From contig NC_068987.1 in assembly GCF_001194135.2 (NCBI RefSeq), positions 37,846,609 to 37,880,946 of the forward strand: DNA of 34,338 bases. The letters are read 5' to 3'. The DNA comes from Octopus bimaculoides (lineage: Eukaryota). Both the position numbers and the translations under genes were made by a program. Under the pieces are notes generated by a model, which saw only the letters and a list, made by a program, of their open reading frames with translations, searched no databases and had not been told where the DNA came from. Below are positions 34,307 through 34,338 of this stretch, piece by piece (within the stretch, counting starts at the first letter, position 1; each line of letters begins with the position of its first letter).

Positions 34307-34338
<32 letters not shown>
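34307..34338. repeat. (CA)n microsatellite
   Basis: Direct reading. Confidence 0.95.

Noticed and set aside
1-34338. CRISPR array, Fanzor/TnpB or viral insert
   Set aside because: No repeat-spacer array, RuvC-like motifs or viral hallmark ORFs seen; repeated units are SINEs and microsatellites.

Overview
Eukaryotic, repeat-saturated scaffold window with 7 assembly gaps. I can support no host protein-coding gene, tRNA or rRNA gene. The SINE families and (CA/AT/AAT)n density resemble a coleoid cephalopod (Octopus-like) genome; this is an inference from recalled repeat families, not a database hit. Content: about 11 copies of a composite tRNA-headed SINE (family A) and 3 of a second (family B); fragments of R4/Dong, Tx1/L1, RTE and another REL-type LINE; a Penelope-like RT; Tc1, mariner, Tigger and hAT transposase relics; a hAT MITE; and foldback elements. 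The most interesting non-routine signals are: (1) minimal hammerhead-ribozyme motifs, one with an intact core inside an inverted repeat at 24.7-24.9 kb; (2) a duplicated module with diverged flanks but a 227-bp core that is 97% identical and carries CRE-like, CCAAT and E-box motifs (25487-25713 / 32354-32580); (3) a 178-nt imperfect hairpin with a plus-strand G-U bias (15528-15705); (4) a nest of R4/Dong pieces and an unclassified ~550-bp non-coding repeat delimited by (AAT)n tracts. Nearly all ORFs in the supplied track are microsatellite or N-gap artefacts, or transposon relics.
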